A stretch of DNA of 64,000 nt, taken from assembly GCA_964016885.1 (NCBI GenBank), contig OZ024743.1, positions 340,008,001 to 340,072,000 of the forward strand, read 5' to 3'. Under the pieces are notes generated by a model. That model saw only the letters and a program-made list of their open reading frames with translations. It was not told the DNA's origin and made no database searches. Every line of letters begins with the position of its first letter. Position 1 is the stretch's first letter. Made by a program: the position numbers and the translations under genes. The DNA comes from Eledone cirrhosa (lineage: Eukaryota). Positions 1 to 13,559 of this stretch are shown piece by piece.

Positions 1-684
1 CAGTCGTCTCTGGCGTAAAACAAAATAAATCTTATGGAATTAAATACTGCAATAAATCTTTGTTTGACGCACAGATTTAATTCGGCCATTCCACACTGAC
101 ACAACGCACTTGAACTTACGCGTGCACTCACACATGCCCATATACAGACACACACTCATACACACACATACACTCACATACATACACACATACACACACA
201 GACACACATAGACACAAACAAACAAACGCAAACTCAGACACACTTATAAAATATGTGTGCATCTGATGGACTTTCGTATAGTTTCAATCATCCTAACATT
301 CTTCTCTTCGTCAACTCGTGGCTGAATTTGAAAACAGTTGTCTAGGGTGTTGATCAGTGGGATAGAAGCCGGAATCATAACGAAGTCCTTCATCGACGAT
401 AACGATAGATCTACCTCTGTTTTAACGAAGAGTGTTCCAGTTATTTGAATTACGGAATAGTCTGCTCATGAAATTAACGTGTATGTGGCTGAACATTCCA
501 CAGAAACGTCTGTTCTTAAGATAATTCTCAGGGAGATTCAGTGTGATACAGTATATGACAAGGGTGATTCTTTGAATTTACGGGCACACTTCATACAGTG
601 GGCTTCGAAACAGTTTCCCTCTACCCAATTTCACTCACAAAGCACGGGTCGACTTAAGGCTATGGTAATTATGATTTAAGACTT

Positions 685-909
685 ATGACTGGCAAGCGGC
701 TCAGCGACCGTATCTGTATCAATGAGCTGCTCAACATTACCAAACTTAGATCAATTACATCAATTGTCAAGTCAAGAGTACTCAAACTATACAGCGATAT
801 AAAAAGATCAACTCGTGGTGTGAGTAGGTTATGCCTGGAAGGAAAGTTGGCTGATAAGAAAAGCAGAGGCCGGCAGCCAAAAAGATGGCTTGACAATGTC
901 TGGACTTGA
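685..909 (+). mobile_element. RTE-like LINE 3' fragment (post-RT C-terminus)
   Basis: Translation LCLEGKLADKKSRGRQPKRWLDNV resembles the G.R.RGRP..RW.D C-terminal motif of RTE/L2-type LINE ORF2. Confidence 0.6.
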
Positions 910-1668
910 CTTGATCTTTGTCATGGACTGGACTTGATCTTTGCTCTTTCAACCCTGCAGCTTGTGATCGAACTTTGTGGAGAAAGATATCACATGTTAA
1001 TGCGCAGTCTGCAACTGGCGGAGTTTAGCGTCACAAGAGAAATATGATTTATCCAAGATGTCACGCAGTGAGATCGAACTTGGGATCTAATGACTGCAAA
1101 GCAAACCTTTTAACCATTCGGCTTTGCTATGTCCACACTTATTAATCACCGTTATACATGTGCCCATTGTAACATATGAGAAAGTATATTTGAATTCTTT
1201 GGATATTAAAAAAAAAGATATAGAAGTTTGAATAATAAACTTAGGTTTCAGTGGCTGAGAAGAAAAATGCTAATAGTTTCAAATTTATATTGAATGTTTA
1301 GAGCAAACATATCTATTCTAAACATTATAAACGTTGGTTTGGAATAGAAACGACAAACACGCACACTCTCTCTACCACTTCTGTCTCAAATTTTCTGCTT
1401 GTAACATATAAAATAATCACTTTATGTAAAAAAATATTGGCAGTTAATTTATTCATAAATATTTATTTTAATCAATATTATACGCGACTTGCCCGAAACC
1501 TTTCTTATGCAAAAACGTAATAATAATTATAATGAAAAGAAAAACTTTTTTAAAGGAAAATAAACACGACGTTAAAACTGAAAGTAAATAGAAATTTGAA
1601 GTCTTTAGGTCCACACACAAGTCTTTATATTTGGATATGATGATTTAACTTCTAATAAATATATCATG

Positions 1669-1726
<58 letters not shown>

Positions 1727-1894
1727 CTCTCTCTCTCGCACACATGTACATATATATATATAGATGACAAAACACAACGGAGTTTATAAACGGCAATTTA
1801 TAAGAATCCTTTGCAATTGTTCCTGTGCCTCCTGTGTATTTTTTCCAATAACTTCCTTAGAGCTCCTATGTATTCACACACACACACACACAAA

Positions 1895-2460
1895 ATAATA
1901 ATCGATCACTATAAATAATAGTTGAGAAAATCGAAGATATATTTCCCAAATGTCGAGGGATTGTCTTAGTTACTACGCTAAGGAGCTGCTGATAGCTAAT
2001 TTCATCTTTTAGAATGTTACTAGCAGAATGGCTCGGCGTTGCTCGGGATTTGCTCTAGGGTTCTTATATCTTTGATATATATTTTGAAAAATTGAAAATT
2101 AGAATTGGTGCTTTGATATATCGCTATTTCAGAGCACCAATTCTAATTTTCAACTTTTGCTGGGCCGACAACCGCTCTGTATAATCAGTTCCTGATTATT
2201 ACTGGAATTCTATAAGAATCCAACATTCATAATTTTCAACAAACAAGGGGAGTGCTAAGCTCTGAGGAATACCAACAGTATGAAACAGAGATCTGTCAGC
2301 TTATCTCCCTTTGTTAGTTGAAAAAAGAAGTAAGTGACATAGTCACTACTTTAAAACAATAGCGTAAGGTCTTCAATATGCTTTTAATTAAGCATACAGT
2401 GTATTGCAAAATATACATTCATATATATATATATACTTCAGAGCACCAATTCTAATTCTA
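1895..2460. mobile_element. Non-coding PLE/retrozyme-like insert carrying family A HHR, with an internal inverted repeat (2086-2158)
   Basis: The 3' tail tcactactttaaaacaatagc...gtgtattgcaaaata is shared with 48537-48620; ends in (TA)n. Confidence 0.6.
2256..2303 (+). ncRNA. Type I hammerhead ribozyme, family A (canonical core)
   Basis: taagct|CTGAGGA|atac-caaca-gtat|GAAA|cag-agat-ctg|TC|agctta; predicted cleavage after C2297; stem I extends (2233-2251 pairs with 2304-2324). Confidence 0.9.
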
Positions 2461-3006
2461 ATTATATATATATATATATAACAGTACAGAGAAGTACGGA
2501 ACATCTCGGCCTCGGAATGGTGTCTACATTTTGTGCTTATAAAAATAATTGGTCATAGATTACCAGGGTTTTTTTCCGTGCGAAGAAAATCAATACTTTA
2601 TCGCGAAATAAATGCTTTTGTTTATATTTTGTTATTGTGTATGCAAAAATATCTGTACACGACATATAATTATATATATATATATATATATGTATATTAA
2701 AATAACGGATTAAAGTTTAAGCAAAGAATCACTGCTTTCACCCTTAACGGGATCTTCTGAAACTAAAAAAAATCAATCTGTGAACGCAGAAGTAAATATT
2801 TCGAAAAACGTTACACACTATATATATACACACACACTATATCCACACACTATATCCACACCCACACCCCACACACACAGATATAGTTACGTCATAATGT
2901 CGTAATGCAGACATACAGACAGATATTATAAGGGCGCAACGTTATATCTATGTATCTATCTAAAAAGAGAAAGACTAAGAGTTATAGAGAGAGATCGCTA
3001 AATCGC

Positions 3007-3141
3007 CTAATGCGGTTCGAAGGGCATTGAAAATTTGAAATTTTCTTTTCTCAAAACACTCACAGGGCCATAAGTATTACATGTGTAAAGTTTGAAAACA
3101 AAACAATCGGTTGGGTGGTTCTCGAGTTTTAGTGAGCGGAC

Positions 3142-3190
<49 letters not shown>

Positions 3191-3216
3191 TTCTCTGTTT
3201 TAGATATATAGGCTAG
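3007..3216 (+). mobile_element. Helitron/Helentron-like non-autonomous element 3' part
   Basis: aagtttg...aatcggttgggtggttctcgagtttt followed by (GACA)n and tatataggCTAG, the layout typical of non-autonomous rolling-circle elements; assigned by pattern only. Confidence 0.45.
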
Positions 3217-3766
3217 CAGAAAACCACCCGGTGGGCGGTTTTCTGCTAGCAAATCTAGTGTATATACTGATATTGTTGAGATTTGGATGAGAAATGTTTT
3301 CGGCACCACATGTTCACCGTCGCATCGGTGTGTCTTTTATGCATGTATAAATATATATGTTATCTATACGGTGAAATCTTTGAAATAAATATATGTTAAA
3401 ACGAAAAAGAAGAAAAAGAGATTAGTGACGGAAATATAAACGTTATGATACATAAACGTTATGATATAACGATGGAAATATATCTTCAAATGGTCCTTGG
3501 CATGGTGTCAAGTCAGAACCGCCTCGAACTGGTTACTTCTGGCTTGTGCAAGGTGTCTCTATAGCAACCAGCGATTCCCTCGGCCTCAGTGACCAAAGTC
3601 AGTGGAGAGGGGAAGGTAATGTTTCTATAGCGACAGTGTTTCTCTTGGTAGTACCAAAGTGGAGAAAGGAAGGGGAAGGTAATATTTCTGTAGCACCTAC
3701 ATTTGAGTTTTAGGGAAGGACAGACAGACAGACAAACAGACAAACAGAGAAAAGCCCATATATTTC

Positions 3767-3823
<57 letters not shown>

Positions 3824-3967
3824 CACACACAGAAATGTATATATATTTCTTAGAAAAAAATTATTATTAATGTTTTGCTGTTCATAACAATTAGAATTGA
3901 AAAATTACTTTTGAAATTATTAGTTATTTTACTAATGCTTAGATATGTAAAAATGAAGCAATGTTTC

Positions 3968-4160
3968 TAATAATTGTTTCTACTTTTGGCACAAGGCCAG
4001 CAATTACCCAGTACATTACTGGTACTTTATTTTATCGACCCCGTGAGGATGAAAGGCAAAGTTAACCTCAGCGGTATTTGAACTCAGACCGTAAAAGGAC
4101 GTAACTCCATGCTATGAAGCATGGTGTCCGACTCTCTACAGATTCTGCCAATCCACCGCT
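3968..4160 (-). mobile_element. tRNA-derived SINE (octopus-type); further minus copies at 5265-5455, 10168-10358 and 37312-37505
   Basis: B-box-like gagttcaaat(c/a)ccgc(c/t)gagg followed by conserved ctttgcctttcatcc...ggggtcgataaaataaagtaccagt. Confidence 0.85.
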
Positions 4161-5015
4161 CTAATGTCTGTACGTAATGAGGGAGTGAGAGGGGAGAGAA
4201 AGAAAGACAGAGGTGAAGTGACGAAGTAATTCTCTCCTCCTCCTCCTCCTCCCCCTCCTCCATCTCCCCATTCGTCACAGCGATAGAGGGGAAGAATGTT
4301 AGTGTGTTACAAAGAGAAAGAGTGAGAGTGAGAGAAACAGACAGACTAAAAGAGAGGGATAGCTGAAGAGAGAGAGAGAGAGAGATAGCAACCACGCGCG
4401 GACGTGTTTCCACTGTCGGACAGACAGACAGAGAAATTGCTGGTTATATATTATAAGGAGACTAGCAGAAAACCACCCGGTGGGCGGTTTTCTGCTAGCA
4501 AATCTAGTGTATATACTGATATTGTTGAGATTTGGATGAGAAATGTTTTCGGCACCACATGTTCACCGTCGCATCGGTGTGTCTTTTATGCATGTATAAA
4601 TATATATGTTATCTATACGGTGAAATCTTTGAAATAAATATATGTTAAAACGAAAAAGAAGAAAAAGAGATTAGTGACGGAAATATAAACGTTATGATAC
4701 ATAAACGTTATGATATAACGATGGAAATATATCTTCAAATGGTCCTTGGCATGGTGTCAAGTCAGAATCGCCTCGAACTGGTTACTTCTGGCTTGTGCAA
4801 GGCGTCTCTATAAAAACCAGCGATTCCCTCGGCCTCAGTGACCAAAGTCAGTGGAGAGGGGAAGGTAATGTTTCTATAGCGACAGTGTTTCTCTTGGTAG
4901 TACCAAAGTGGAGAAAGGGAGGGGAAGGTAATATTTCTGTAGCACCTACATTTGAGTTTTAGGGAAGGACAGACAGACAGACAAACAGACAAACAGAGAA
5001 ATGCCCATATATTTC

Positions 5016-5078
<63 letters not shown>

Positions 5079-6322
5079 TAAAATAACAGATTATTACTAT
5101 ATATATATATATATATTACACACACAGAAATGTATATATATTTCTTAGAACAAAATTATTATTAATGTTTTGCTGTTCATAACAATTGGAATTGAAAAAT
5201 TACTTTCGAAATTATTAGTTATTTTACTAATGCTTAGATATGTAAAAATGAAGCAATGTTTCTAATAATTGTTTCTACTTTTGGCATAAGGCCAGCAATT
5301 ACCCAGTACATTACTGGTACTTTATTTTATCGACCCCGTGAGGATGAAAGGCAAAGTTAACCTCAGCGGTATTTGAACTCAGACCATAAAGGGACGTAAC
5401 TCCATGCTATGAAGCATGGTGTCCGACTCTCTACAGATTCTGCCAATCCACCGCTCTAATGTCTGTACGTAATGAGGGAGTGAGAGGGGAGAGAAAGAAA
5501 GGCAGAGGTGAAGTGACGAAGTAACTCTCTCCTCCTCCTCCTCCTCCTCCTCCTCCTCCTCCTCCTCCTCCATCTCCCCATTCGTCACAGCGATAGAGGG
5601 GAGGAATGTTAGTGTGTTACAAAGAGAAAGAGTGAGAGTGAGAGAAACAGACAGACTAAAAGAGAGGGATAGCTGAAGAGAGAGAGAGAGAGAGAGATAG
5701 CAACCACGCGCGGACGTGTTTCCACTGTCGGACAGACAGACAGAGAAATTGCTGGTTATATATTATAAGGAGACTAGCAGAAAACCACCCGGTGGGCGGT
5801 TTTCTGCTAGCAAATCTAGTGTATATACTGATATTGTTGAGATTTGGATGAGAAATGTTTTCGGCACCACCTGTTCACCGTCTCTCAGTGTGTCTTTTAT
5901 GCATGTATAAATATATATGTTATCTATACGGTGAAATCTTTGAAATAAATATATGTTAAAACGAAAAAGAAGAAAAAGAGATTAGTGACGGAAATATAAA
6001 CGTTATGATACATAAACGTTATGATATAACGATGGAAATATATCTTCAAATGGTCCTTGGCATGGTGTCAAGTCAGAATCGCCTCGAACTGGTTACTTCT
6101 GGCTTGTGCAAGGCGTCTCTATAAAAACCAGCGATTCCCTCGGCCTCAGTGACCAAAGTCAGTGGAGAGGGGAAGGTAATGTTTCTATAGCGACAGTGTT
6201 TCTCTTGGTAGTACCAAAGTGGAGAAAGGAAGGGGAAGGTAATAATTCTGTAGCATCTACATTTAAGTTTTAGGGAAGGACAGACAGACAGACAAACAGA
6301 CAAACAGAGAAATGCCCATATA

Positions 6323-6395
<73 letters not shown>

Positions 6396-6486
6396 CGAAG
6401 GAAATGTGGTAAGGAACCAGGTGGACCATAACGCACCAAAGTACTCAATACTTGAGGTAGTAGAGTGGGTAATAGGAACCAGTAAG

Positions 6487-6580
6487 ACCCCGACAGCTGA
6501 GCTCAAGCCGTTTCGACGGCTAATTCTGGACTAAATGAACATTTATCCTGGTATTTAAATAGCCGATCTTCTCAAGGGGT
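6487..6580 (-). ncRNA. Type I hammerhead, family B (U3-A8 core TTGAGAA)
   Basis: Reverse complement of 9214-9307. Confidence 0.8.
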
Positions 6581-7592
6581 AATTCCATATATGGTCAAAG
6601 TGATTGTCAAAAATCAGTAGTAATTCTGTGGTTGCAAATTAGTAGGGGAGATGGTGGCTAAACCTGCCAGTAGGAGAAAGAGGGGAGGGGGTGGAGTAGA
6701 CCCAATCAAGCGTTGGTAGTGCCAGCTACAGCTGGGCATGAGGTCAAAGAAGATACAGGGGAGGGGGAGGGGGAGGAAGTCGGAACGGTAGGTAGAACAA
6801 TGGGGGGTAAAAATAGGAAAGAAAAAATACTGAGAGTGAAGAAAAGCAAAAAAGTGTAAAGAAAAAATTAAATTCTACGACCTAGGTGTCAGGCTATTGT
6901 TAGGCGAGAATAAAATAAAGAAAGAAAGAAAGAAGTAAATAAATAAATAAATAAATAAATAAGGAAATAAGTAAAAGAACTAGGTGGGACGAATTAAGCA
7001 AGGACCCTTTTAAGAGGTATAAGTACGTAAATGATACGGTGACTGGTCAACAAAAGGGGCCAAAATACTAAAGAGACTACCACGAAATAAACAATAAAGG
7101 TTTCCATCCCGGGCCAGCAACGACCCAGTGCAGCAAAGTGAACTTGTACGACATAATAATTCTGAGTCCCGGGAAAAATATATACTAATGCTAACTCTAA
7201 AAGATCTAAAACAAGCTACATGAAAGTTCGTACGAAATAAAGGTAGAATACGGAGAAATAAGTTCAGAATCCACCCCGCCCAGAAGAAAAGCGAAGCAAG
7301 AAATACTGAAACGAAAAAATAAGGCATAAGTGCCACTAAGAAATAAAGAGGGCACAGAGAATAGTGGGAGCGGTCGGAAAAGGGGGGCAAGTATCCGGGG
7401 TCTAAGCCAACTGCTATAAAGGGCGGAGTCCGCCAAATCTATCAAAGACTAGGGGAGGGGGGAGTGGGGGTACTAAGGCTACATGGGGCCAAAGGGCAGC
7501 CTCGGGTGGGCGAGAAAAGACGCCGACAAAGGAGAAGAGCTGGGGTAGAAGGACAAAGGAGAGAGGGGGGAAGGAAATAAAGGATGCGATAA

Positions 7593-8115
7593 TAACATCG
7601 TCTCCTCTAACAACAAAAAACTCAACCCCGATGGCAGAAATAACCTAAATAGCAGTGGAGAACCGACCAGGAGGTGTAACTGCCCGGATAGATCTATTTG
7701 CCCACTCGACAATAGATGCAGAGACCGTAATGTGATCTACCAGTGCAACGTGAGGACGGATACCTCCAACAAAGCCTATATAGGACTTACCGCATGTGAC
7801 TTCAAGACCCGGCTATACCAACATAGACATACCTTCCGAAACCCGGCCCGGCGTCACGCCACTACACTTTCGGGCCACATATGGGACCTCAAGGACAACA
7901 ACATCACCTATGATCTCACTTGGAGATTACTGTCCAGAGCCAATTCTTACACGGGAGGACGCCGTCCGTGCAATTTATGCTCGGAGGAAACTTTACAAAT
8001 GCTGTTTTCGACGGACCAACTCCTAAACAAGAAAGATGAACTGGTTACTGCATGTAAACATAGATTGCGTAGGACTTACCTCGCCCTCAAACCCCATAAT
8101 GACCCGGGGGGGTAG
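7593..8115 (+). CDS. PLE GIY-YIG endonuclease domain (5'-truncated ORF), Naiad-type
   Basis: CNCPDRSICPL (CxCx5C linker), VIY...AYIGLT...FKTRLYQH, CNLCSEE...LLNKKDELVTACKH. Confidence 0.9.
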
Positions 8116-9213
8116 ACTAGGGCTTTAACACCCCAGTTGCCGATTTTGCAATGGGTAACCCCTGCTTGCCAAGGAAGACGTAAGATCTTCTTTGTATTCT
8201 TTTATCGCATCCTTTATTTCCTTCCCCCCTCTCTCCTTTGTCCTTCTACCCCAGCTCTTCTCCTTTGTCGGCGTCTTTTCTCGCCCACCCGAGGCTGCCC
8301 TTTGGCCCCATGTAGCCTTAGTACCCCCACTCCCCCCTCCCCTAGTCTTTGATAGATTTGGCGGACTCCGCCCTTTATAGCAGTTGGCTTAGACCCCGGA
8401 TACTTGCCCCCCTTTTCCGACCGCTCCCACTATTCTCTGTGCCCTCTTTATTTCTTAGTGGCACTTATGCCTTATTTTTTCGTTTCAGTATTTCTTGCTT
8501 CGCTTTTCTTCTGGGCGGGGTGGATTCTGAACTTATTTCTCCGTATTCTACCTTTATTTCGTACGAACTTTTATGTAGCTTGTTTTAGATCTTTTAGAGT
8601 TAGCATTAGTATATATTTTTCCCGGGACTCAGAATTATTATGTCGTACAAGTTCACTTTGCTGCACTGGGTCGTTGCTGGCCCGGGATGGAAACCTTTAT
8701 TGTTTATTTCGTGGTAGTCTCTTTAGTATTTTGGCCCCTTTTGTTGACCAGTCACCGTATCATTTACGTACTTATACCTCTTAAAAGGGTCCTTGCTTAA
8801 TTCGTCCCACCTAGTTCTTTTACTTATTTCCTTATTTATTTATTTATTTATTTATTTACTTCTTTCTTTCTTTCTTTATTTTATTCTCGCCTAACAATAG
8901 CCTGACACCTAGGTCGTAGAATTTAATTTTTTCTTTACACTTTTTTGCTTTTCTTCACTCTCAGTATTTTTTCTTTCCTATTTTTACCCCCCATTGTTCT
9001 ACCTACCGTTCCGACTTCCTCCCCCTCCCCCTCCCCTGTATCTTCTTTGACCTCATGCCCAGCTGTAGCTGGCACTACCAACGCTTGATTGGGTCTACTC
9101 CACCCCCTCCCCTCTTTCTCCTACTGGCAGGTTTAGCCACCATCTCCCCTACTAATTTGCAACCACAGAATTACTACTGATTTTTGACAATCACTTTGAC
9201 CATATATGGAATT

Positions 9214-9307
9214 ACCCCTTGAGAAGATCGGCTATTTAAATACCAGGATAAATGTTCATTTAGTCCAGAATTAGCCGTCGAAACGGCTTGAGCTCAGCTG
9301 TCGGGGT
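9214..9307 (+). ncRNA. Type I hammerhead, family B (U3-A8 core TTGAGAA, long stem II)
   Basis: acccc|TTGAGAA|gatcggcta...tagccgtc|GAAA|cggc-ttgagctca-gctg|TC|ggggt; palindromic tgagctca in loop III. Confidence 0.8.
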
Positions 9308-9408
9308 CTTACTGGTTCCTATATATATATATATATATTTATTAAAATAACAGATTATTACTATATATATATATATATATTACACACACAGAAATGTATA
9401 TATATTTC

Positions 9409-9468
<60 letters not shown>

Positions 9469-9594
9469 AAGTTATATTTAAATTGTTGGGTTACAACTAG
9501 TAAATATTTATAACTGATATAAAAGCACTCGACAAGTATTTGGAGTATATTTACGATATTAAATAAATGGAAACTATATTTATAAAACCATATT

Positions 9595-9660
9595 TATTTC
9601 ATTATATATATTTCAGGGATATCATATTAACAATATGCTATGCCTTCCTCAGACAAAATA
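9595..9660 (-). ncRNA. Minimal type I hammerhead, family C
   Basis: Reverse complement of 9804-9869. Confidence 0.8.
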
Positions 9661-9803
9661 CAATATAAACAGTTTTATAGATAAATAGATTTGACATACC
9701 GTACAACATCGACTTGTATTTGAACTGCCAATTCAACTTTTCAAATACAAGTCGATGTTGTACGGTATGTCAAATCTATTTATCTATAAAACTGTTTATA
9801 TTG

Positions 9804-9869
9804 TATTTTGTCTGAGGAAGGCATAGCATATTGTTAATATGATATCCCTGAAATATATATAATGAAATA
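9804..9869 (+). ncRNA. Minimal type I hammerhead, family C
   Basis: tattttgt|CTGAGGA|agg...cct|GAAA|tatata|TA|atgaaata; palindromic minimal stem III. Confidence 0.8.
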
Positions 9870-9909
9870 AATATGGTTTTATAAATATAGTTTCCATTTA
9901 TTTAATATC

Positions 9910-9971
<62 letters not shown>

Positions 9972-10831
9972 CACACACAGAAATGTATATATATTTCTGT
10001 GTGTATATATATATATATTACACACACAGAAATGTATATATATTTCTTAGAACAAAATTATTATTAATGTTTTGCTGTTCATAACAATTGGAATTGAAAA
10101 ATTACTTTTGAAATTATTAGTTATTTTACTAATGCTTAGATATGTAAAAATGAAGCAATGTTTCTAATAATTGTTTCTACTTTTGGCACAAGGCCAGCAA
10201 TTACCCAGTACATTACTGGTACTTTATTTTATCAACCCCGTGAGGATGAAAGGCAAAGTTAACCTCGGCGGTATTTGAACTCAGACCGTAAAGGGACGTA
10301 ACTCCATGCTATGAAGCATGGTGTCCGACTCTCTACAGATTCTGCTAATCCACCGCTCTAATGTCTGTACGTAATGAGGGAGTGAGAGGGGAGAGAAAGA
10401 AAGGCAGAGGTGAAGTGACGAAGTGACTCTCTCCTCCTCCTCCACCTCCATCTCCCCATTCGTCACAGCGATAGAGGGGAGGAATGTTAGTGTGTTACAA
10501 AGAGAAAGAGTGAGAGTGAGAGAAACAGACAGACTAAAAGAGAGGGATAGCTGGAGAGAGAGAGATAGCAACCACGCGCGGACGTGTTTCCACTGTCGGA
10601 CAGACAGACAGAGAAATTGCTGGTTATATTGTAAGGAGATAAGCGTGTAGCTAGAAATGGAAACAAACATTTTGACTTATGAAATCTTGGGAGAATTTAA
10701 AAAACGAGTGTCCTTACGCAGAAAATAACTGTAATAACAGTTGATGCAGTTTGAACGTCTAGGTAGAAAAAGTGTAATCATTGGTGTATCGATAGCTGAG
10801 AAAGAGCACATCTAGGTATGCCACCACAGTA

Positions 10832-11363
10832 CTGGGTGGTCCGAAAGTCTTGTCACATATAATTTTAACTTTCATTATTTTTTGTTTTAAGGCGGTGAAT
10901 TGGCAGTATCGGTGGAGGGTCGGACATGCTTTCCAGCATAGTTACGTCCCTTTACGATCTGAGTTCAAATCCCGCCGAGGTTAACTTTGCCTTTCATCCT
11001 TACGGGGTCGATAAAATAAAGTACCAGTAATGTACTGGGATAATTGCTGGCCTTGTGCCAAAAGTAGAAACAATTATTTTTGTTTTAATAATATAATATA
11101 TAATATCATTAATTATGATATATAATAATAATATTAATATAATTTTCTATTTCAGAGCTCCTACAGTTTGGAAGAGAGGCTGCTTGCAAGTGTATGAACA
11201 CATGGTCGTGTGCATTCTGGCAACAGCATGGAAGATGTGCGACCTGACTTCACTGCAAGATTCGGCAAACCAGCTCCTCCGAAGAGGACAATACTACGAT
11301 GGGAACATAAACTGTTTCTCATTACTTTTTGGTAGGGTGTGACAAGACTTTCGGACCACCCTG
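10832..11363. mobile_element. Tc1/mariner-type non-autonomous DNA transposon with nested SINE (10890-11075, +)
   Basis: TIRs c(t/a)gggtggtccgaaagtcttgtcac / gtgacaagactttcggaccaccctg flanked by TA. Confidence 0.8.
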
Positions 11364-11409
11364 TAGAATGACTTGCATTGATCAGTTATCTCGAGATCTC
11401 CAGTTGGGC

Positions 11410-12500
11410 GTGATCTAAAAAAGGCAGATCGTGATGTCTGGAAGTTTGTGTTAATGGCGAGCTCCTAGAACCTTTCTCAGTCGAGACAGGCGTGAAGCAG
11501 GTTGACCTGCTCGCTCCCACTATGTTTGTCACACTCTTTGCAGTTGTATTGTTAAAAGCAATACTGATGTTGGCATATTTATGCGTTATCGAACAACAGG
11601 AAGGGTCTTTAACATCCGTCGATTCCTCACTGCGTCAAAAACATTTACTGCACTAATACGTGATTTTTATGTAGACGACTGTGATATTATTAATTACACC
11701 GAAGAATACCTTTAACTTCTAATGGACTGCATATCACCAGCATGCGATGAGTTTGGTCTGATTATAATCAGCCTGAAAAAGACAGTGGTGATGTACCAAC
11801 CTGCACTAGGCGAATCATATAATTCATCTCTTTCAAAGGGAACACATTGAAGGTTGTGAATCAATTCGTCTACCTGGGTAGTACTCTCTCCAGAACCAGC
11901 ACCCTTGACGAAGAGATCCCTTCATGGAGTGGGTGATAAGAATGAATGTCTCACGCTTCCGATGCTTTTGGTAAGCTGGAGAAGCACCTGTGGTCACAGT
12001 CAGATATCATTGTGAGCATGAAAGTTGGAGTTTACCAAGCATGTAAGATTACAGCCTTGCTGTACGGTTATGAGACATGGACAACATACCGTGGGCATAT
12101 TCAGCACATCGTTTCATCGAACAATGCTTGTGCTCCATCCTCAAAATCTCATGGAGGTCTCATACCTCAGATACCCCAGCAGGCCTGTCTGCTAAGCATC
12201 GAGTCCATGATCGTGAAACAGCATCTCCGTTGGTCAGGTCTCATTGTGCATCTAGAGGACAGCAGACTCCCCAAATAAACTTTGTATGGAGAGCTGTTGT
12301 AAGGTAAACGCCTGCAGTGCAAGCCACTAAACAAATGCTTTAAAAACTGCCTGAAGGACACTCTAAAGAAGGTCGATATTAACACTGAAACATGGTAAAA
12401 TCTTGCAACAGAGAGAGCCCAGCAGCGAACGAAATCTGATTGATACCAGTGTTTAGGGATATGATCAGAAGTGAATGATCTATGCTGAAGTGAAGCGAGC
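11410..12500 (+). pseudogene. Degenerate RTE (BovB-like) LINE RT region
   Basis: Fragments TGVKQVDLLAPT, YVDDC, FVYLGSTLS, ALLYGYETWT, LRWSG...EDSRLPK with stops and frameshifts. Confidence 0.8.
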
Positions 12501-13559
12501 AGTTAAGTATATGGGGGATGTTAATCCACTCCTAGAACGGAGTTAGAAAGTCTATTTTAACTGTAAGGGGGCGATGGATGTGTATGCATGTTAAAAGTTG
12601 GGCTACTAAGCCATAGTAGACTTCATACACATTTGAATACCCCATTCAGCTCGATTCTGCATGTGACATCTGTACCAAAGTATTTCATTCTGCAGGTGAC
12701 TTAACACAGCACCACAAAGCATATCTCGCCAATCAAACTGAAGCAGGTGGGAAACTTTCCTGCGCACTATTTGGTATGACATGTAAGTCATTTCCTGGTT
12801 TAATGAGCTATCTAAGGTAACATCGGCGTCAACAACATCATAACAAGTTTTTGCCAATGTCTGTTTATTCTGAGAAGTGGTCATACTCGGGCACAAGTTA
12901 GCTTCCAGCATATATATATGTATATATTTACGCATGTATATGTATGTATGCATCTATGTATGATGTTGACTTGTTCTTCTTTTTGGTAAATATCATCTTG
13001 GTTAAGAGAGTGGGACTGGCTTTGTGCAGTGCCTTTGCTCACTATAAAAGCTTCACGGCACAAGCATTGCTTTATATCTGGAGATCTCTCTGCACTTGTC
13101 GTCACATGGTACCATGGGCCCATCACTATGTGTCAATAATTGTCACAAGTGTAGTGTTTGTACCAGAGTTTTCATGTCGCTGGCTGGACTAAAATGTCAC
13201 ACTTGTTCAGCGCATCGGTAGGGGTTCTCCTAAAGTAGTGGCCGTACTAGAAAACGAGTTGGCAGCTACCATGTATGTATGTATACACTCACACACACAA
13301 GCTATATATATATATATATACATGCATGCAAACTATAAAACTATAGAATACACAAACACATAACCAAAATCTCATAAAACGTAGCACAAGTGCATAACAC
13401 CAAACCACAAAATTAACACTAACAATATACTACAATATTTCTAGAAAACAACGACTTAAAGCATTCTTTATCAATAATAAACTTTTCAATTTACATATAG
13501 ATATATGTAAATTGAAAAGTAAATTGACAATATCTTCTTCGCCCACTTATTTCTGAGAG

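Larger units (their letters stand above)
6394..9323 (+). mobile_element. 5'-truncated Penelope-like (Naiad-type) element with ~1.1-1.2 kb inverted pseudo-LTRs (6394-7592 / 8202-9323), inserted in (TA)n
   Basis: Near-perfect inverted arms around a GIY-YIG ORF fragment; an HHR in each arm; (TA)n on both sides. Confidence 0.92.
9462..9911. mobile_element. Palindromic PLE-derived insert (arms ~9552-9724 / 9741-9911) in (TA)n
   Basis: ~170 bp inverted repeat with a short spacer; homologous to 47703-48060. Confidence 0.85.
3213..10640. repeat. Tandem triplication of a ~1.25-1.31 kb composite unit (starts 3213, 4462, 5774); third unit interrupted by PLE inserts
   Basis: Near-identical sequence and ORF-track translations recur. 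Each unit begins with the hairpin ctagcagaaaaccacccggtgggcggttttctgctag and contains (GACA)n, (TA)n and a minus-strand SINE. Confidence 0.9.

Noticed and set aside
7593-8115. Selenocysteine recoding as described for some Naiad PLEs
   Set aside because: No in-frame TGA at cysteine positions in either GIY-YIG fragment, and no SECIS recognised.
7010-8784. Mirror 126-aa and 79-aa hydrophobic ORFs
   Set aside because: By-products of the T-rich inverted pLTR arms; no recognisable motifs.
10955-10985. tRNA gene (gagttcaaatcc T-loop motif)
   Set aside because: B-box of the SINE head; no cloverleaf.
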